A program made the position numbers and the translations under genes. DNA of 60,446 bases from an uncultured Dorea sp. (GTDB taxonomy: Bacteria > Bacillota > Clostridia > Lachnospirales > Lachnospiraceae): assembly GCA_949916155.1 (NCBI GenBank), contig CATLEM010000001.1:1-60446 (forward strand), written 5' to 3'. Position 1 is the first letter of the stretch; every line of letters begins with the position of its first letter. This document shows, piece by piece, positions 10,552 to 20,025 of this stretch. The notes beneath the pieces were generated by a model that searched no databases, was not told where the DNA came from, and saw nothing but the letters and a program-made list of their open reading frames with translations.

Positions 10552-10769
10552 TGGCATCATCATCTTAACATATTTTCTCCGGGGATGAAAGCTGATATTC
10601 GCAATAAAATATTCTCTTGCATTTTCTGTCGTTTTCACGTATACTTTATTCATCCAAAATTTCTGACGATCGACCGGCATTTCCGCCGCCAAATCCCAAT
10701 GGATATGAATTATTTGTTATACTACTTGCAAGAAAAACGAAACCTGTATTATACTGAAAGGAGAAACAG

Positions 10770-11114
10770 TTGACTGAAGGAAAATTACAGTGGCATCTAT
10801 TCGCTGATGAACTAAAAGCAATTGTGGCGGAAGATGTGCGGAAAGAAACAGCAAAAATATCTGCACAGTACGAAAAAGAGTGGAAGGCACAGGCCCGTGA
10901 ACGAGGACTCAAACAAGGACGAAAATTGGGGCTCGAACAAGGTCAGAAGCTGGGACTTGAACGGGGGCTCGAACAAGGACGGAAGCTGGGACTTGAACAG
11001 GGTGAACGCCGCACCAAGCAGATATTCAAGCTTTCTGCCGCCGGCCTCCCTATCGAGGCCATCGCTGAAAAATGCGGCGTTTCTGTCAAAAAAGTACAAC
11101 AAATTTTAGAGTGA
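10770..11114 (+). CDS. Stand-alone Rpn/YhgA-type C-terminal domain protein (GLEQG repeats plus HTH-like tail)
   Basis: GLKQGRKL/GLEQGQKL/GLEQGRKL repeats (24-bp units, ~10906-11005) then GLPIEAIAEKCGVSVKKVQQILE. GAAAGGAG RBS before TTG. No PD-(D/E)XK domain upstream. Confidence 0.65.
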   Translation: MTEGKLQWHLFADELKAIVAEDVRKETAKISAQYEKEWKAQARERGLKQGRKLGLEQGQKLGLERGLEQGRKLGLEQGERRTKQIFKLSAAGLPIEAIAEKCGVSVKKVQQILE

Positions 11115-11150
11115 TATGCGGCTTCTGGTACTGCCTTGCATATATTCCGG

Positions 11151-11897
11151 CTATTTACGCAAGGTAACGCCAGTTTTCCGTATGCCCTCAAGCACTATCT
11201 TTCTCGCCGCCTTTGCCTCTTCCGGCTTCATCTCCGGTATCCCTTCAAGGGGATAGGGGATTTTAAGCTCCTTATACTTGGGGACGCCCAGCGTGTGGTA
11301 GGCGAGCACATCCAGACCTTTCACGTTTCTTAAGCCTCCGACGAGCCGTCCAAGCTCCCGAAGCTCTTCCTCCCCATCCGTGATTCCCGGCACGCACACA
11401 TGGCGGACGATGACCGGGACATCCGCTGCCTCAAGCGCCCTGGCAAAGGCAAGGACCGGCTTTAGACTTTTTCCGGTCAGCGCCAGATGTCCCTCTTCTG
11501 TACTGTGCTTTATATCCAGAAGCACCAGGTCCGTCGCCGCGAATAGCCGTTCGTATTCCGCCTCTTTCTTATCCGTGTACACGATTCCCGATGTGTCAAG
11601 ACAAGTATGGATCTCCCGTTTTTTCGCTTTCTCGAACAATTCCGTGAGAAACGCAAGCTGCATCAGCGGCTCGCCGCCGGTGGCCGTGATCCCGCCGCCC
11701 CGGTAGAAAGGGCGCCCCCGCTCATAGATCTCCAAAAGTTCCTCTGCCGTCCGCTCAGTGCCGCTGATTGCCGCCCACGTATCTGGATTGTGGCAATATC
11801 TGCAGCGCATAGGGCAGCCCTGAAAGAAGATGACCAGACGGACTCCGGGGCCGTCCACGGTCCCGAAGCTCTCTGTAGAATGGATCCGCCCGGTCAT
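11151..11897 (-). CDS. pflA: Pyruvate formate-lyase activating enzyme
   Basis: IHSTESFGTVDGPGVR, GCPMRCRYCHNPDTW, TGGEPL. Likely start ATG 11897, 1 nt after the upstream stop (ORF track starts at 11912). Confidence 0.95.
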   Translation of the reverse strand: MTGRIHSTESFGTVDGPGVRLVIFFQGCPMRCRYCHNPDTWAAISGTERTAEELLEIYERGRPFYRGGGITATGGEPLMQLAFLTELFEKAKKREIHTCLDTSGIVYTDKKEAEYERLFAATDLVLLDIKHSTEEGHLALTGKSLKPVLAFARALEAADVPVIVRHVCVPGITDGEEELRELGRLVGGLRNVKGLDVLAYHTLGVPKYKELKIPYPLEGIPEMKPEEAKAARKIVLEGIRKTGVTLRK

Positions 11898-11898
11898 G

Positions 11899-12141
11899 TT
11901 ACATCCCTTCATGGAAGGTCCGGGAGATCACTTCGTCCTGCTGCTCTTTCGTCAGTTTGTTAAAGTTTACCGCATATCCCGATACCCGGACGGTAAGCTG
12001 CGGATATTTCTCCGGGTGGGCCTGCGCGTCCAGAAGCGTCTCCTTCGTAAATACATTCACATTCAAATGATGCCCGCCTTTCTCTGCGTACCCGTCAATG
12101 AGATGTACCAGATTGTCTATCTGTGCTTCGCTGATATCCAT
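11899..12141 (-). CDS. Separate glycyl-radical domain of pyruvate formate-lyase (GrcA-like, 80 aa)
   Basis: GGHHLNVNV...[19 protein letters not shown]...VISRTFH is the PFL C-terminus. Has its own AGGAGG RBS. Confidence 0.93.
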   Translation of the reverse strand: MDISEAQIDNLVHLIDGYAEKGGHHLNVNVFTKETLLDAQAHPEKYPQLTVRVSGYAVNFNKLTKEQQDEVISRTFHEGM

Positions 12142-12181
12142 GATTCATTCCTCCTGTATCTATTGATATGATGTTGATGTT

Positions 12182-14296
12182 TTACTGTTCTTCCCTGCCG
12201 TCCCAGGGATTCGTCTCCCCGCACGCACAGTCCGGCTCCATGGAAAAGCTCAGGTCGTCCAGACTGATTTCGTCAAAAAGCAGCGTGTCCTCTTTCCCCA
12301 GCGCGCCCGGTATGATGGAAAATGTGTTGGAGATGCCGTCCTGCGCGTCTTTAAAGGGGAGCTTTGACACCGAGCTTAAGGAAGCGACCGCGCCCCGGCT
12401 GTCCCTGTGGTGCATGGGATTGGCCCCCGGCGCAAATGCTTCTCCCGCCTTTCTTCCGTCAGGGGTGGAACCGGTATTCTTGCCGTACACTACGTTTGAG
12501 GTTATGGTGAGGATGGAAGTGGTAGGAATCCCGCCCCGGTAGGTGTGATTTCCCTTGACGTAATGCATAAACTCACGCACCACATCGTAAGCGATATCGT
12601 CCGCCCGGTCATCGTCATTTCCGTATTTCGGGAAATCCCCTTCTACCTCATAGTCAACGGCGATGCCGTTTTCGTCGCGTATGGCCCGGACTTTCGCGTA
12701 CCTGATGGCGGAAAGGGAATCCGTCACCACGGAAAGCCCCGCGATGCCTGTGGCAAACCACCTGGTCACCTTTTTGTCGTGGAGCGCCATCTGTATGCGC
12801 TCGTAGCAGTATTTGTCATGCATATAATGAATGATGTTGAGGGTATTCACATACACCTGCGCCAGCCATTTCATCATATCCTTAAACCGGTCCATCACCT
12901 CGTCATAGTCAAGATACTCGGAAGTGACCGGGCGGTATTTCGGTCCCACCTGCTTTTTTGAGATTTCATCTACACCGCCGTTGATCGCGTAGAGCAGGCA
13001 CTTGGCCAGGTTCGCCCGCGCCCCGAAAAACTGCATCTCCTTGCCGACCCGCATGGAAGACACACAGCAGGCAATGGCATAGTCGTCCCCGTGGGTTACC
13101 CGCATAAGGTCGTCATTTTCATACTGAATGGAAGACGACATGATCGACGTCCGCGCGCAGAACCGCTTAAAGTTCTCCGGGAGCCTTACCGACCACAGAA
13201 CCGTAAGATTCGGCTCCGGCGCCGTCCCCAGATTGGAAAGCGTGTGAAGATACCGGAAGGACATCTTCGTGACCATGGGCCGCCCGTCGATCCCCATGCC
13301 GCCGATGGACTCTGTTACCCAGGTAGGGTCGCCGGAAAACAGCGCATTGTACTCCGGCGTCCTGGCGAATTTTACCAGACGGAGCTTCATGATAAAATGG
13401 TCCACGAATTCCTGGATCTCCTCCTCCGTAAATGTCCCGTTTTCCAGATCCCGCTCGGAATAGATGTCGATAAATGTGGACGTCCGCCCCAGCGACATCG
13501 CCGCCCCGTTCTGCTCCTTGATCGCCGCCAGATAGCCGAAGTACATCCACTGGATCGCCTCTTTTACATTTGCCGCGGGCCGTCCGATATCAAAGCCGTA
13601 GATCGCGCCGAGCTCTTTCAGCTCTCCCAGCGCCTTTATCTGCTCGGACAACTCCTCGCGCTGCCTGGTGACGTCCGAATACATGATGATCCTCGTCCCG
13701 TCCTTCTGCCGCTTCTTGTCCTCGATCAGGCGGTCAAGGCCGTAGAGCGCCACGCGCCGGTAATCGCCGATGATCCGTCCCCGCCCGTAAGCGTCCGGCA
13801 ATCCGGTGATGATATGGCTGGAACGGCACGCGCGCATCTCCGGGGTATAGGCGTCGAATACGCCGTCATTGTGGGTCTTCCGGTGTTTCTGAAAGAAATC
13901 CACAATCTGCGGGTCAACCTGATACCCGTTATCCTCGCACGCTTTCACCGCCATACGGATGCCGCCGTAGGGCTGCAGGGCGCGCTTAAAAGGCTTGTCC
14001 GTCTGAAAACCCACGATTTTTTCCTTCTCCTTATCCAGATACCCCGGCCCGTGGGAAGTGATGCCGGATACAATCTTCGTATCCATATCAAGGACGCCGC
14101 CTGCTTTCCGCTCCTCCTCGGACAGCTTAAGCACCTGCTCCCAGAGCTCTTTTGTCGCCTGTGTCGGCCCTTTCAGAAAAGACTCGTCCCCGTCGTAGGG
14201 TGTGTAATTTTTCTGTATAAAATCCCGGACGTTGATCTCCTTTTCCCAGATGCCGCCGTTAAATGATGTCCACTCCTGCCTCATAAATCCCTCCAT
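12182..14296 (-). CDS. pflB: Pyruvate formate-lyase catalytic subunit lacking the glycyl-radical domain
   Basis: [33 protein letters not shown] catalytic Cys pair, [10 protein letters not shown]. Homology ends at GALGKED, followed by a non-homologous tail. Confidence 0.95.
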   Translation of the reverse strand: MEGFMRQEWTSFNGGIWEKEINVRDFIQKNYTPYDGDESFLKGPTQATKELWEQVLKLSEEERKAGGVLDMDTKIVSGITSHGPGYLDKEKEKIVGFQTDKPFKRALQPYGGIRMAVKACEDNGYQVDPQIVDFFQKHRKTHNDGVFDAYTPEMRACRSSHIITGLPDAYGRGRIIGDYRRVALYGLDRLIEDKKRQKDGTRIIMYSDVTRQREELSEQIKALGELKELGAIYGFDIGRPAANVKEAIQWMYFGYLAAIKEQNGAAMSLGRTSTFIDIYSERDLENGTFTEEEIQEFVDHFIMKLRLVKFARTPEYNALFSGDPTWVTESIGGMGIDGRPMVTKMSFRYLHTLSNLGTAPEPNLTVLWSVRLPENFKRFCARTSIMSSSIQYENDDLMRVTHGDDYAIACCVSSMRVGKEMQFFGARANLAKCLLYAINGGVDEISKKQVGPKYRPVTSEYLDYDEVMDRFKDMMKWLAQVYVNTLNIIHYMHDKYCYERIQMALHDKKVTRWFATGIAGLSVVTDSLSAIRYAKVRAIRDENGIAVDYEVEGDFPKYGNDDDRADDIAYDVVREFMHYVKGNHTYRGGIPTTSILTITSNVVYGKNTGSTPDGRKAGEAFAPGANPMHHRDSRGAVASLSSVSKLPFKDAQDGISNTFSIIPGALGKEDTLLFDEISLDDLSFSMEPDCACGETNPWDGREEQ

Positions 14297-14531
14297 TCTC
14301 CCTCACTGCCGTGAAAGCTAAGCCTTTTTTCGTTATCCTTATAAACAGTTATCATTGTTTGCACTTTTGAAGGGAAATATGTATGTCAGGATTTCTTTTA
14401 AAACGAATAACATTTCTCACACAAGGGAATATAATAATACGGAGATCTGTACGACATTCGTTATGCTTTGTCCTCACGGACATATTCTTTGGCAAATGGC
14501 TGTCGTACCCGTGTGTTCATATAGTTAGAGG

Positions 14532-15317
14532 GTGATAGATGTGCAGGCGTTTACAATTTTAATGATTCCGTTTCTGGGAACGTCGCTTGGTTCTGCGATG
14601 GTATTTTTTATGCGGGAAAAGATGGGCGAAAAGATAGAAAAGCTCCTCTTGGGATTTGCGTCGGGAGTGATGATCGCGGCTTCTGTCTGGTCTTTGCTGA
14701 TCCCGGCGATCGACCTTTCCGAAGAGCAGAACATATCAGGCTGGATTCCGTCAGCGGCAGGATTTCTTCTTGGCATAGCGTTCCTGCTTCTACTAGACAG
14801 CCTGATCCCCCATCTCCATAAGGGCAGCGATACGCCGGAGGGCGTCAGCAGCAGGCTGCCCCGCACGACCATGCTGGTGTTCGCGGTGACGCTCCACAAT
14901 CTCCCGGAGGGGATGGCCGTGGGCGTGACGCTGGCCGGAGCGCTTCTCGAGAGTACCGGGATCACCATGGCGGGGGCATTCGTGCTGTCCGTGGGGATCG
15001 CGATCCAGAATTTCCCCGAGGGAGCCATCATCTCCATGCCTTTAAGGAGCGAAGGGATGTCCCGGGGAAGAGCATTTGCCGCCGGAGTGCTGTCCGGCAT
15101 CGTGGAGCCCATCGGAGGTGCGGCCACCATCCTCCTGGCGGAATGTATCACGCGCGTCCTTCCGTACATGCTGTCATTCGCGGCGGGCGCCATGATCTAC
15201 GTGGTGGTGGAAGAACTGATACCGGAATCCCAGAACGGGGAACACTCAAACATAGGAACCATCGGCGCGGCTCTTGGCTTCACGCTGATGATGGTTCTGG
15301 ACGTGGCTCTCGGATAA
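14532..15317 (+). CDS. ZIP family (ZupT/GufA) metal transporter
   Basis: LLGFASGVMIAAS, TLHNLPEG, QNFPEG, EELIPE motifs; multiple TM helices. Confidence 0.93.
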   Translation: MIDVQAFTILMIPFLGTSLGSAMVFFMREKMGEKIEKLLLGFASGVMIAASVWSLLIPAIDLSEEQNISGWIPSAAGFLLGIAFLLLLDSLIPHLHKGSDTPEGVSSRLPRTTMLVFAVTLHNLPEGMAVGVTLAGALLESTGITMAGAFVLSVGIAIQNFPEGAIISMPLRSEGMSRGRAFAAGVLSGIVEPIGGAATILLAECITRVLPYMLSFAAGAMIYVVVEELIPESQNGEHSNIGTIGAALGFTLMMVLDVALG

Positions 15318-15368
15318 CAGATAGAAGACAGAAGATAACAGATAGAAGATAACAGACAACGGACAAAA
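15313..15368 (+). repeat. Heptanucleotide tandem repeat (8 degenerate units)
   Basis: GATAACA GATAGAA GACAGAA GATAACA GATAGAA GATAACA GACAACG GACAAAA. Confidence 0.75.
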
Positions 15369-15420
15369 ATTGCGGACAGTATCAGCTTAATGCCAAAGCC
15401 TGATCCTGTCCGTATGATCG

Positions 15421-15780
15421 CTATACATTCAGTTTTTCTTTCCACTCTGCCTCTTTAAATCCGGTCAGCACGAAATCCTCTCCCACGATGATAGGGCGCT
15501 TTACCAGCATCCCGTCCGTAGCAAGAAGCTCATAGACCTCTTCCTCCGTCATGCCGGGAAGTTTGTCTTTAAGTCCCAGCTCCCTGTACTTCATGCCGCT
15601 GGTATTGACAAACCGCTTAATCCCAAGGCCGCTTCTTTCATGCCACCGGGAAAGCTCCTCCTTCGTCGGGTTCTCCTCGACGATATGCCGGGCATCAAAC
15701 GCAATCCCGTGCTCGGAAAGCCATGCTTTGGCTTTTTTGCATGTACTGCATTTCGGATATTCGATAAATAAAACGCTCAT
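15421..15780 (-). CDS. Arsenate reductase/Spx family protein (YusI/YffB-like)
   Basis: YPKCSTCKKAKAWL CxxC; NTSG; MLVKRPI. Confidence 0.92.
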   Translation of the reverse strand: MSVLFIEYPKCSTCKKAKAWLSEHGIAFDARHIVEENPTKEELSRWHERSGLGIKRFVNTSGMKYRELGLKDKLPGMTEEEVYELLATDGMLVKRPIIVGEDFVLTGFKEAEWKEKLNV

Positions 15781-15808
15781 TACTGCTCCTCCATAAATTC
15801 AATCTCCC

Positions 15809-16954
15809 CTAAAGGATCTGGTCAAATGATATCCCCGCCGACACCGTGATATCCGCCGCCGCGATCCCGCCGGACATCCCTGCCCCAGTCGCGCCTGCCG
15901 CTATGGAATCTACCGGCATCTCCGGCACTGTATCCGATACCGCGTAAGGCGAATAATCCAGATAGCGCTCCTCCTCGTCCCGATTGCGGAACTGCACGGC
16001 GTGGTTCGCGTCTGCAAGATGTCCCTCCATAGCGATCCCCCTGTCCGCGATCCGCCGGGCGTTTCGCTTCTTCTGAAGCTCTGCCTTAAGCTTTTCTCTC
16101 TTCTTTCTCTCCGTCGCCTTGTTTTTCTTTACCTTCGCCAGCTCTTCCTCATTCAGCCGGCGGATCTTCCTGCTGCCCCTGACTAACGCCTTCTGGATAG
16201 AACTGATCGCGGCCCGCGCTTTGGCCGCCTCTTTCTGGCTGCCCAGACTTACCACTGTCCGCAAAGTCCCTATGCTCCGCCTGGCCTCTCCCATGGCAGC
16301 CTGCACCTGGCCCTTACTCTTCGCGCCTGCCAGCCGGGAATAGATTCCGGATACGGAAAATGTCGAGGACGACACCCAGATACGGCTCTTATTTTTCGCC
16401 GCCTTCATCTCCTCCGTCATCTTTTTCATCTGCTCGATCACGCGCTTTTCCTCCGCGAACGGATCGTCCTTCTCCTCCTGTCCGGAGACTGGCTCTTTCG
16501 CCGCCCACAGCCGCACTTCATCTTCCCCGATATAAGCTCCCTGCGCAAGAAGTCCCTCGCTGTCCTTAGAAAGCTGCGTAAGCACCTGCCGCAGGATCGT
16601 CTTTCCCTTCTCAAATGACTCGGCGTCCGCTCCCATCTGCTCCAACCACTCCGCCGATATGATCAGATGCTTTCCTTTTCCGAGAGAACCCGCCGTCGCC
16701 GCCAGATTGTCCTCATCTATCTCGTCTCCGATGACAATGTGAACCTTCGAGAAATCCTTCCGCAAAGTGGCAAGTTCCGAGGTTACCGCTTTTTTCAGCA
16801 CCGTCTGCTTCGGCCACCCTTCCGAAAGCGAAAATTCATCCTTCGGGATTTCCTTCCTGCTGCCGGACTGCTCCGCAAAAACCTCTGCTTTCGGGGATAC
16901 CGCCGGGATATTTTTTCCCGCTGCCGGGGATACCGCACTGTTTATCCTGCTCAT
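15809..16954 (-). CDS. Hypothetical protein (possibly DUF6033-like N-terminal half, coiled-coil C-terminal half)
   Basis: Long ORF. GGGAGG RBS favours ATG at 16954 (MSRINSAVS). The segment LIISAEWLEQMGADAE is reminiscent of DUF6033 proteins (from memory). Confidence 0.6.
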   Translation of the reverse strand: MSRINSAVSPAAGKNIPAVSPKAEVFAEQSGSRKEIPKDEFSLSEGWPKQTVLKKAVTSELATLRKDFSKVHIVIGDEIDEDNLAATAGSLGKGKHLIISAEWLEQMGADAESFEKGKTILRQVLTQLSKDSEGLLAQGAYIGEDEVRLWAAKEPVSGQEEKDDPFAEEKRVIEQMKKMTEEMKAAKNKSRIWVSSSTFSVSGIYSRLAGAKSKGQVQAAMGEARRSIGTLRTVVSLGSQKEAAKARAAISSIQKALVRGSRKIRRLNEEELAKVKKNKATERKKREKLKAELQKKRNARRIADRGIAMEGHLADANHAVQFRNRDEEERYLDYSPYAVSDTVPEMPVDSIAAGATGAGMSGGIAAADITVSAGISFDQIL

Positions 16955-17072
16955 CGAATCCCTCCCATACGATAAAACTAGGGGCAAAGTATCCTGCCCC
17001 CATAATGCCACGATTCTTTCTATATAATATATCGTCCAATCTGCCGGAAAACTAACCGATACGGCAGAGATT

Positions 17073-17807
17073 CTAAAGCCTTTCTAAAATCCGGCGTTTA
17101 TATCCCAAAAACTCTTCTGTCAGATTGAACTCACGGTTTCTAGGCTTTTGCTCTTTTATTACGATCTCTTCTGTCACCCGTCCCGGTTTCCCCGTCAGGA
17201 GATAGATCCGGTCTGACAAAAGAATTGCCTCATCAATATCATGGGTGATAAAGAGCGTAGACAGATGGATCTTATCCATAACGTCCAGATACCACCTGTG
17301 CATCCCACTCTTCGTCAGTGTATCCAAAGCGCTGAACGGCTCGTCCAGCAAAGCCACATCCCTGGAAAACATGTATGTCCGCAAAAGCGCCGCCCTCTGG
17401 CGCATGCCCCCGGAGAGCTGGCGCGGATATTTTTTCTGTGTTCCCTCCAGCCCAAATTCTTCAAAATGAGGCGATACTTTCATCCGCGCCTCCTTTTTCT
17501 TCTCTCCCTTAAGCAAAAGCGGCAGGATCACATTGTCCTCTATGGTTCGGTATGGCAGCAGCAGATCCTTTTGCATCATATAACTGACCCGCCCGGGACA
17601 GCCCGTGATATCCTTCCCGTTTAAAACCACTTTTCCCTGCTGTGGTCTCATAAGTCCGGAAATAATATGGAACAGAGTCGTCTTCCCGCATCCGCTGGCT
17701 CCAAGGATACTCACCAATTCATGCTCCCGGAGTTTTAAACTCACATCCGCAAGAACCGGCGTTTCTTCATATGCAAAAGTAATGCCTGATACTTCTAATC
17801 CAGTCAT
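17073..17807 (-). CDS. ABC transporter ATP-binding protein (ThiZ/TauB type)
   Basis: GASGCGKT, LSGGMRQR, LLDEPF, ITHD. Start reassigned to MTGLEVSG (17807) to avoid overlap with the upstream gene. Confidence 0.92.
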   Translation of the reverse strand: MTGLEVSGITFAYEETPVLADVSLKLREHELVSILGASGCGKTTLFHIISGLMRPQQGKVVLNGKDITGCPGRVSYMMQKDLLLPYRTIEDNVILPLLLKGEKKKEARMKVSPHFEEFGLEGTQKKYPRQLSGGMRQRAALLRTYMFSRDVALLDEPFSALDTLTKSGMHRWYLDVMDKIHLSTLFITHDIDEAILLSDRIYLLTGKPGRVTEEIVIKEQKPRNREFNLTEEFLGYKRRILERL

Positions 17808-17811
17808 AACC

Positions 17812-18870
17812 TTACTCCAAATATTCGTTTGTAAACCCAGTGTTTTCCGGAATCTCTGCTTCTGATAAGCCTTTTTCACTGATCCAGTTATAAAACGCGT
17901 TCCACCTCTCCGGGTCGATGTATCCCCATCGGCTGGCTTCCGCTTTATACTGACCGGCCATATATTCCTGGCTTTTAACCACCATCTCCTGATCCAGCTC
18001 CGGCGCCGCCTGACACAAGATATCCGCCGCTTCCCCGGCATTGTCTATGGCAAACTCATACCCTTTTTTCACACTGCTTAAAAATACTTTTGCAGTCTCC
18101 GGATTATCTTTAAGCCAATCCTGATTCCCGATGATCACAGGAGTATAATAATCAAACACAGGATCTATATCCCGGAATGCAAAATAATCCGTCTCAAGGC
18201 CGGCAACTTCCGTCGCGATTCCCGCCCATCCATAAAAGATCCAGATAGCATCCACCGATTTACTCTTAAGCGCCGATACCTCGTCCGTCACTGTACTTGG
18301 GATTAATTCCACTTTACTGAAATCTCCCCCGTCTTTTTCCACTACCTGCTTTAACGTTTCCTTTTCAATATCTAGATCCCAGGTGGCATATTTCTTTCCT
18401 TCCATCCCTTTCGGCCGGTCTATCCCTTCTCCTTTCCGCGACACGATCCCGGAAGTATTATGCTGGAGAACAGCCGCGACAGCTTCGATCGGAAGAGCAT
18501 CCCCTCCTGTCACCGCCGGCATCATCGTGTCCTGGAAAGAAATGCCAAACTGAGCCTTTCCCGAAGCCACAAGCACCTCTGCACCGTCTTCCGGTGGCTG
18601 GACAATCTCCACCTCAAGGCCCGCCTCCTGAAAATATCCTTTTTCCTGAGCCACATACAGTCCTGTATGATTCGTGTTTGGCGTCCAGTCAAGAACCACT
18701 GTGATCTTCTTTGACGCACCTGCGTCTTTCTCCCCATCCGCCGGATTGTTTCCATCGTCTGACGCCTGATCCTGCGCGCCACTTTGAACCGTCTCCTCCT
18801 TGGCCGCACAGCCCGCCATCGTACCTATTAAAGCCGCAGCCAACAATGCTGCTAATAGTTTCTGTCTCAT
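17812..18870 (-). CDS. NMT1/THI5-like (ThiY) hydroxymethylpyrimidine/thiamine-precursor binding lipoprotein
   Basis: Lipobox MAGC; VVLDWTPNTNHTGLYVA; DYYTPVI. Under TPP riboswitch control. Confidence 0.92.
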   Translation of the reverse strand: MRQKLLAALLAAALIGTMAGCAAKEETVQSGAQDQASDDGNNPADGEKDAGASKKITVVLDWTPNTNHTGLYVAQEKGYFQEAGLEVEIVQPPEDGAEVLVASGKAQFGISFQDTMMPAVTGGDALPIEAVAAVLQHNTSGIVSRKGEGIDRPKGMEGKKYATWDLDIEKETLKQVVEKDGGDFSKVELIPSTVTDEVSALKSKSVDAIWIFYGWAGIATEVAGLETDYFAFRDIDPVFDYYTPVIIGNQDWLKDNPETAKVFLSSVKKGYEFAIDNAGEAADILCQAAPELDQEMVVKSQEYMAGQYKAEASRWGYIDPERWNAFYNWISEKGLSEAEIPENTGFTNEYLE

Positions 18871-19634
18871 CTATTTTCCTCCTCCCAAGGCATACTGATC
18901 CTCTGGAGGATGTTTACTGCCCGCATCAGAAGCAGACTGATCGCAGAGATCAGAAAAATCACCGCAAACATCTTGTCAAAGGAAAATGCCTTCTTTACTC
19001 TTGTCATATAAACTCCTAATCCGTTAAATCCGCCCAGCCATTCTGAAATCACTGCCCCCACAACCGCATAGGACACGGAAATACGGAGACTTGCAAAAAA
19101 GGAACCAAACGCCCCGGGAAACTTCACATACCGGAAAATCTGCGCATTTGAAGCTCCCATGGAACGCAGCAAGCTGACGGTATCCTTATCCGAAGCACGG
19201 AATCCGTCCAAAAGGCTCACGGTAATCGGGAAAAAAGTAACGATTACGATCAGGATCACTTTTGGAAGCATCTCATATCCGAACCACAGCACCAAAAGAG
19301 GGGCGATTGCTACCGTCGGCACGGTCTGCGTCAGCACGATCAATGGATAGACCGCCTGATACAACCAGTCAAAGTAATCCATGAGCACCGCTGTCACAAA
19401 CCCAACCAAAATCCCCACCGCCAGTCCGGCAAAAGCCTCCAGAAGCGTCACCTTCGCATTGTCCATAAGCAACGGAAAATCCGCCGCAAATGCTTTCATC
19501 ACCTCAACCGGCGATGGCAGCATAAATCCGGCGACAAGCCCCGCCGTGCTGGCTGCCTGCCAGACGATCAAAAGAAGCATAACAGCCGCGGCAGGCAAAA
19601 GCTTACTGATGATGCTTTGTAACTTTTTTCTCAA
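18867..19634 (-). CDS. ABC transporter permease (ThiX type)
   Basis: LPSPVEV, QTVPTVAIAPLLVLWFG, GAVISEWLGG; hydrophobic. Confidence 0.92.
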   Translation of the reverse strand: MRKKLQSIISKLLPAAAVMLLLIVWQAASTAGLVAGFMLPSPVEVMKAFAADFPLLMDNAKVTLLEAFAGLAVGILVGFVTAVLMDYFDWLYQAVYPLIVLTQTVPTVAIAPLLVLWFGYEMLPKVILIVIVTFFPITVSLLDGFRASDKDTVSLLRSMGASNAQIFRYVKFPGAFGSFFASLRISVSYAVVGAVISEWLGGFNGLGVYMTRVKKAFSFDKMFAVIFLISAISLLLMRAVNILQRISMPWEEENR

Positions 19635-19899
19635 TGGTCAGCACATCTCCTTCCGGTCTGTAGGTAACCTTGATATAAGCCGCGACCGAGGGCGCCCCCG
19701 CCCGGATGGCAATGTGCTGACATTCTTTCACAATATCCATCAATTCATCATACTCTCCTTCGATCGCCGTCTCAAACGGACCTACATAATAATTCAGTCC
19801 TGTACTTTTGATATAGGCGATCACCTCATCTACAATCCTGATCAGTTCCTCATCATTTGCTGCCTCTGGCAGCGACTGGATCGCTACGCTTGCATTCAT
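19603..19899 (-). CDS. Thiamine-binding protein (MTH1187/YkoF-like, DUF77)
   Basis: MNASVAIQSLP...VGPFETAIEG...TIEKKVTK. AGGAGG RBS before ATG 19899. Confidence 0.88.
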   Translation of the reverse strand: MNASVAIQSLPEAANDEELIRIVDEVIAYIKSTGLNYYVGPFETAIEGEYDELMDIVKECQHIAIRAGAPSVAAYIKVTYRPEGDVLTIEKKVTKHHQ

Positions 19900-19971
19900 T
19901 TTTTCTTTCCTCCTAATTATTATTTTTTTCGGAAAACTGATTCCTGTATCTTCGGAAATTTTGCGTATTAT

Positions 19972-20003
19972 AAAAGCCCTGCCAAATACCGGCAAGGCTT
20001 TTT
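19972..20003 (-). terminator. Intrinsic terminator of the TPP riboswitch expression platform
   Basis: AAAAGCCTTGCC-GGTATTT-GGCAGGGCTTTT on the minus strand, between aptamer and first gene. Confidence 0.75.
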
Positions 20004-20025
20004 CATACGCAAAAGGCATATAACT

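Noticed and set aside
10650-10710. Possible ZMP/ZTP (pfl) riboswitch upstream of glyA (GGCGGAA...GCCGGTCGATCGTC)
   Set aside because: Lacks the GACTG, GTGG/CCAC and CTGGGC core elements.
12142-12290. Simple sequencing frameshift as the cause of the PFL split
   Set aside because: About 140 extra nt including a stop and a strong RBS separate the halves; a single indel would not restore a normal PFL.
13091-14266. 391-aa plus-strand ORF and the many similar antisense ORFs in the track
   Set aside because: Shadow frames of well-supported minus-strand genes with no recognisable motifs.
14297-14430. ZTP riboswitch or Rex operator upstream of pflB
   Set aside because: No aptamer consensus and no convincing TTGT(G/T)AA-N4-TT(C/A)ACAA palindrome.
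17808-18041. N-terminal extensions given by the ORF track (also 19900-20073, 31994-32086, 33544-33699, 54539-54619)
   Set aside because: They overlap neighbouring genes, riboswitches or repeats; downstream starts fit RBS position and protein family better.
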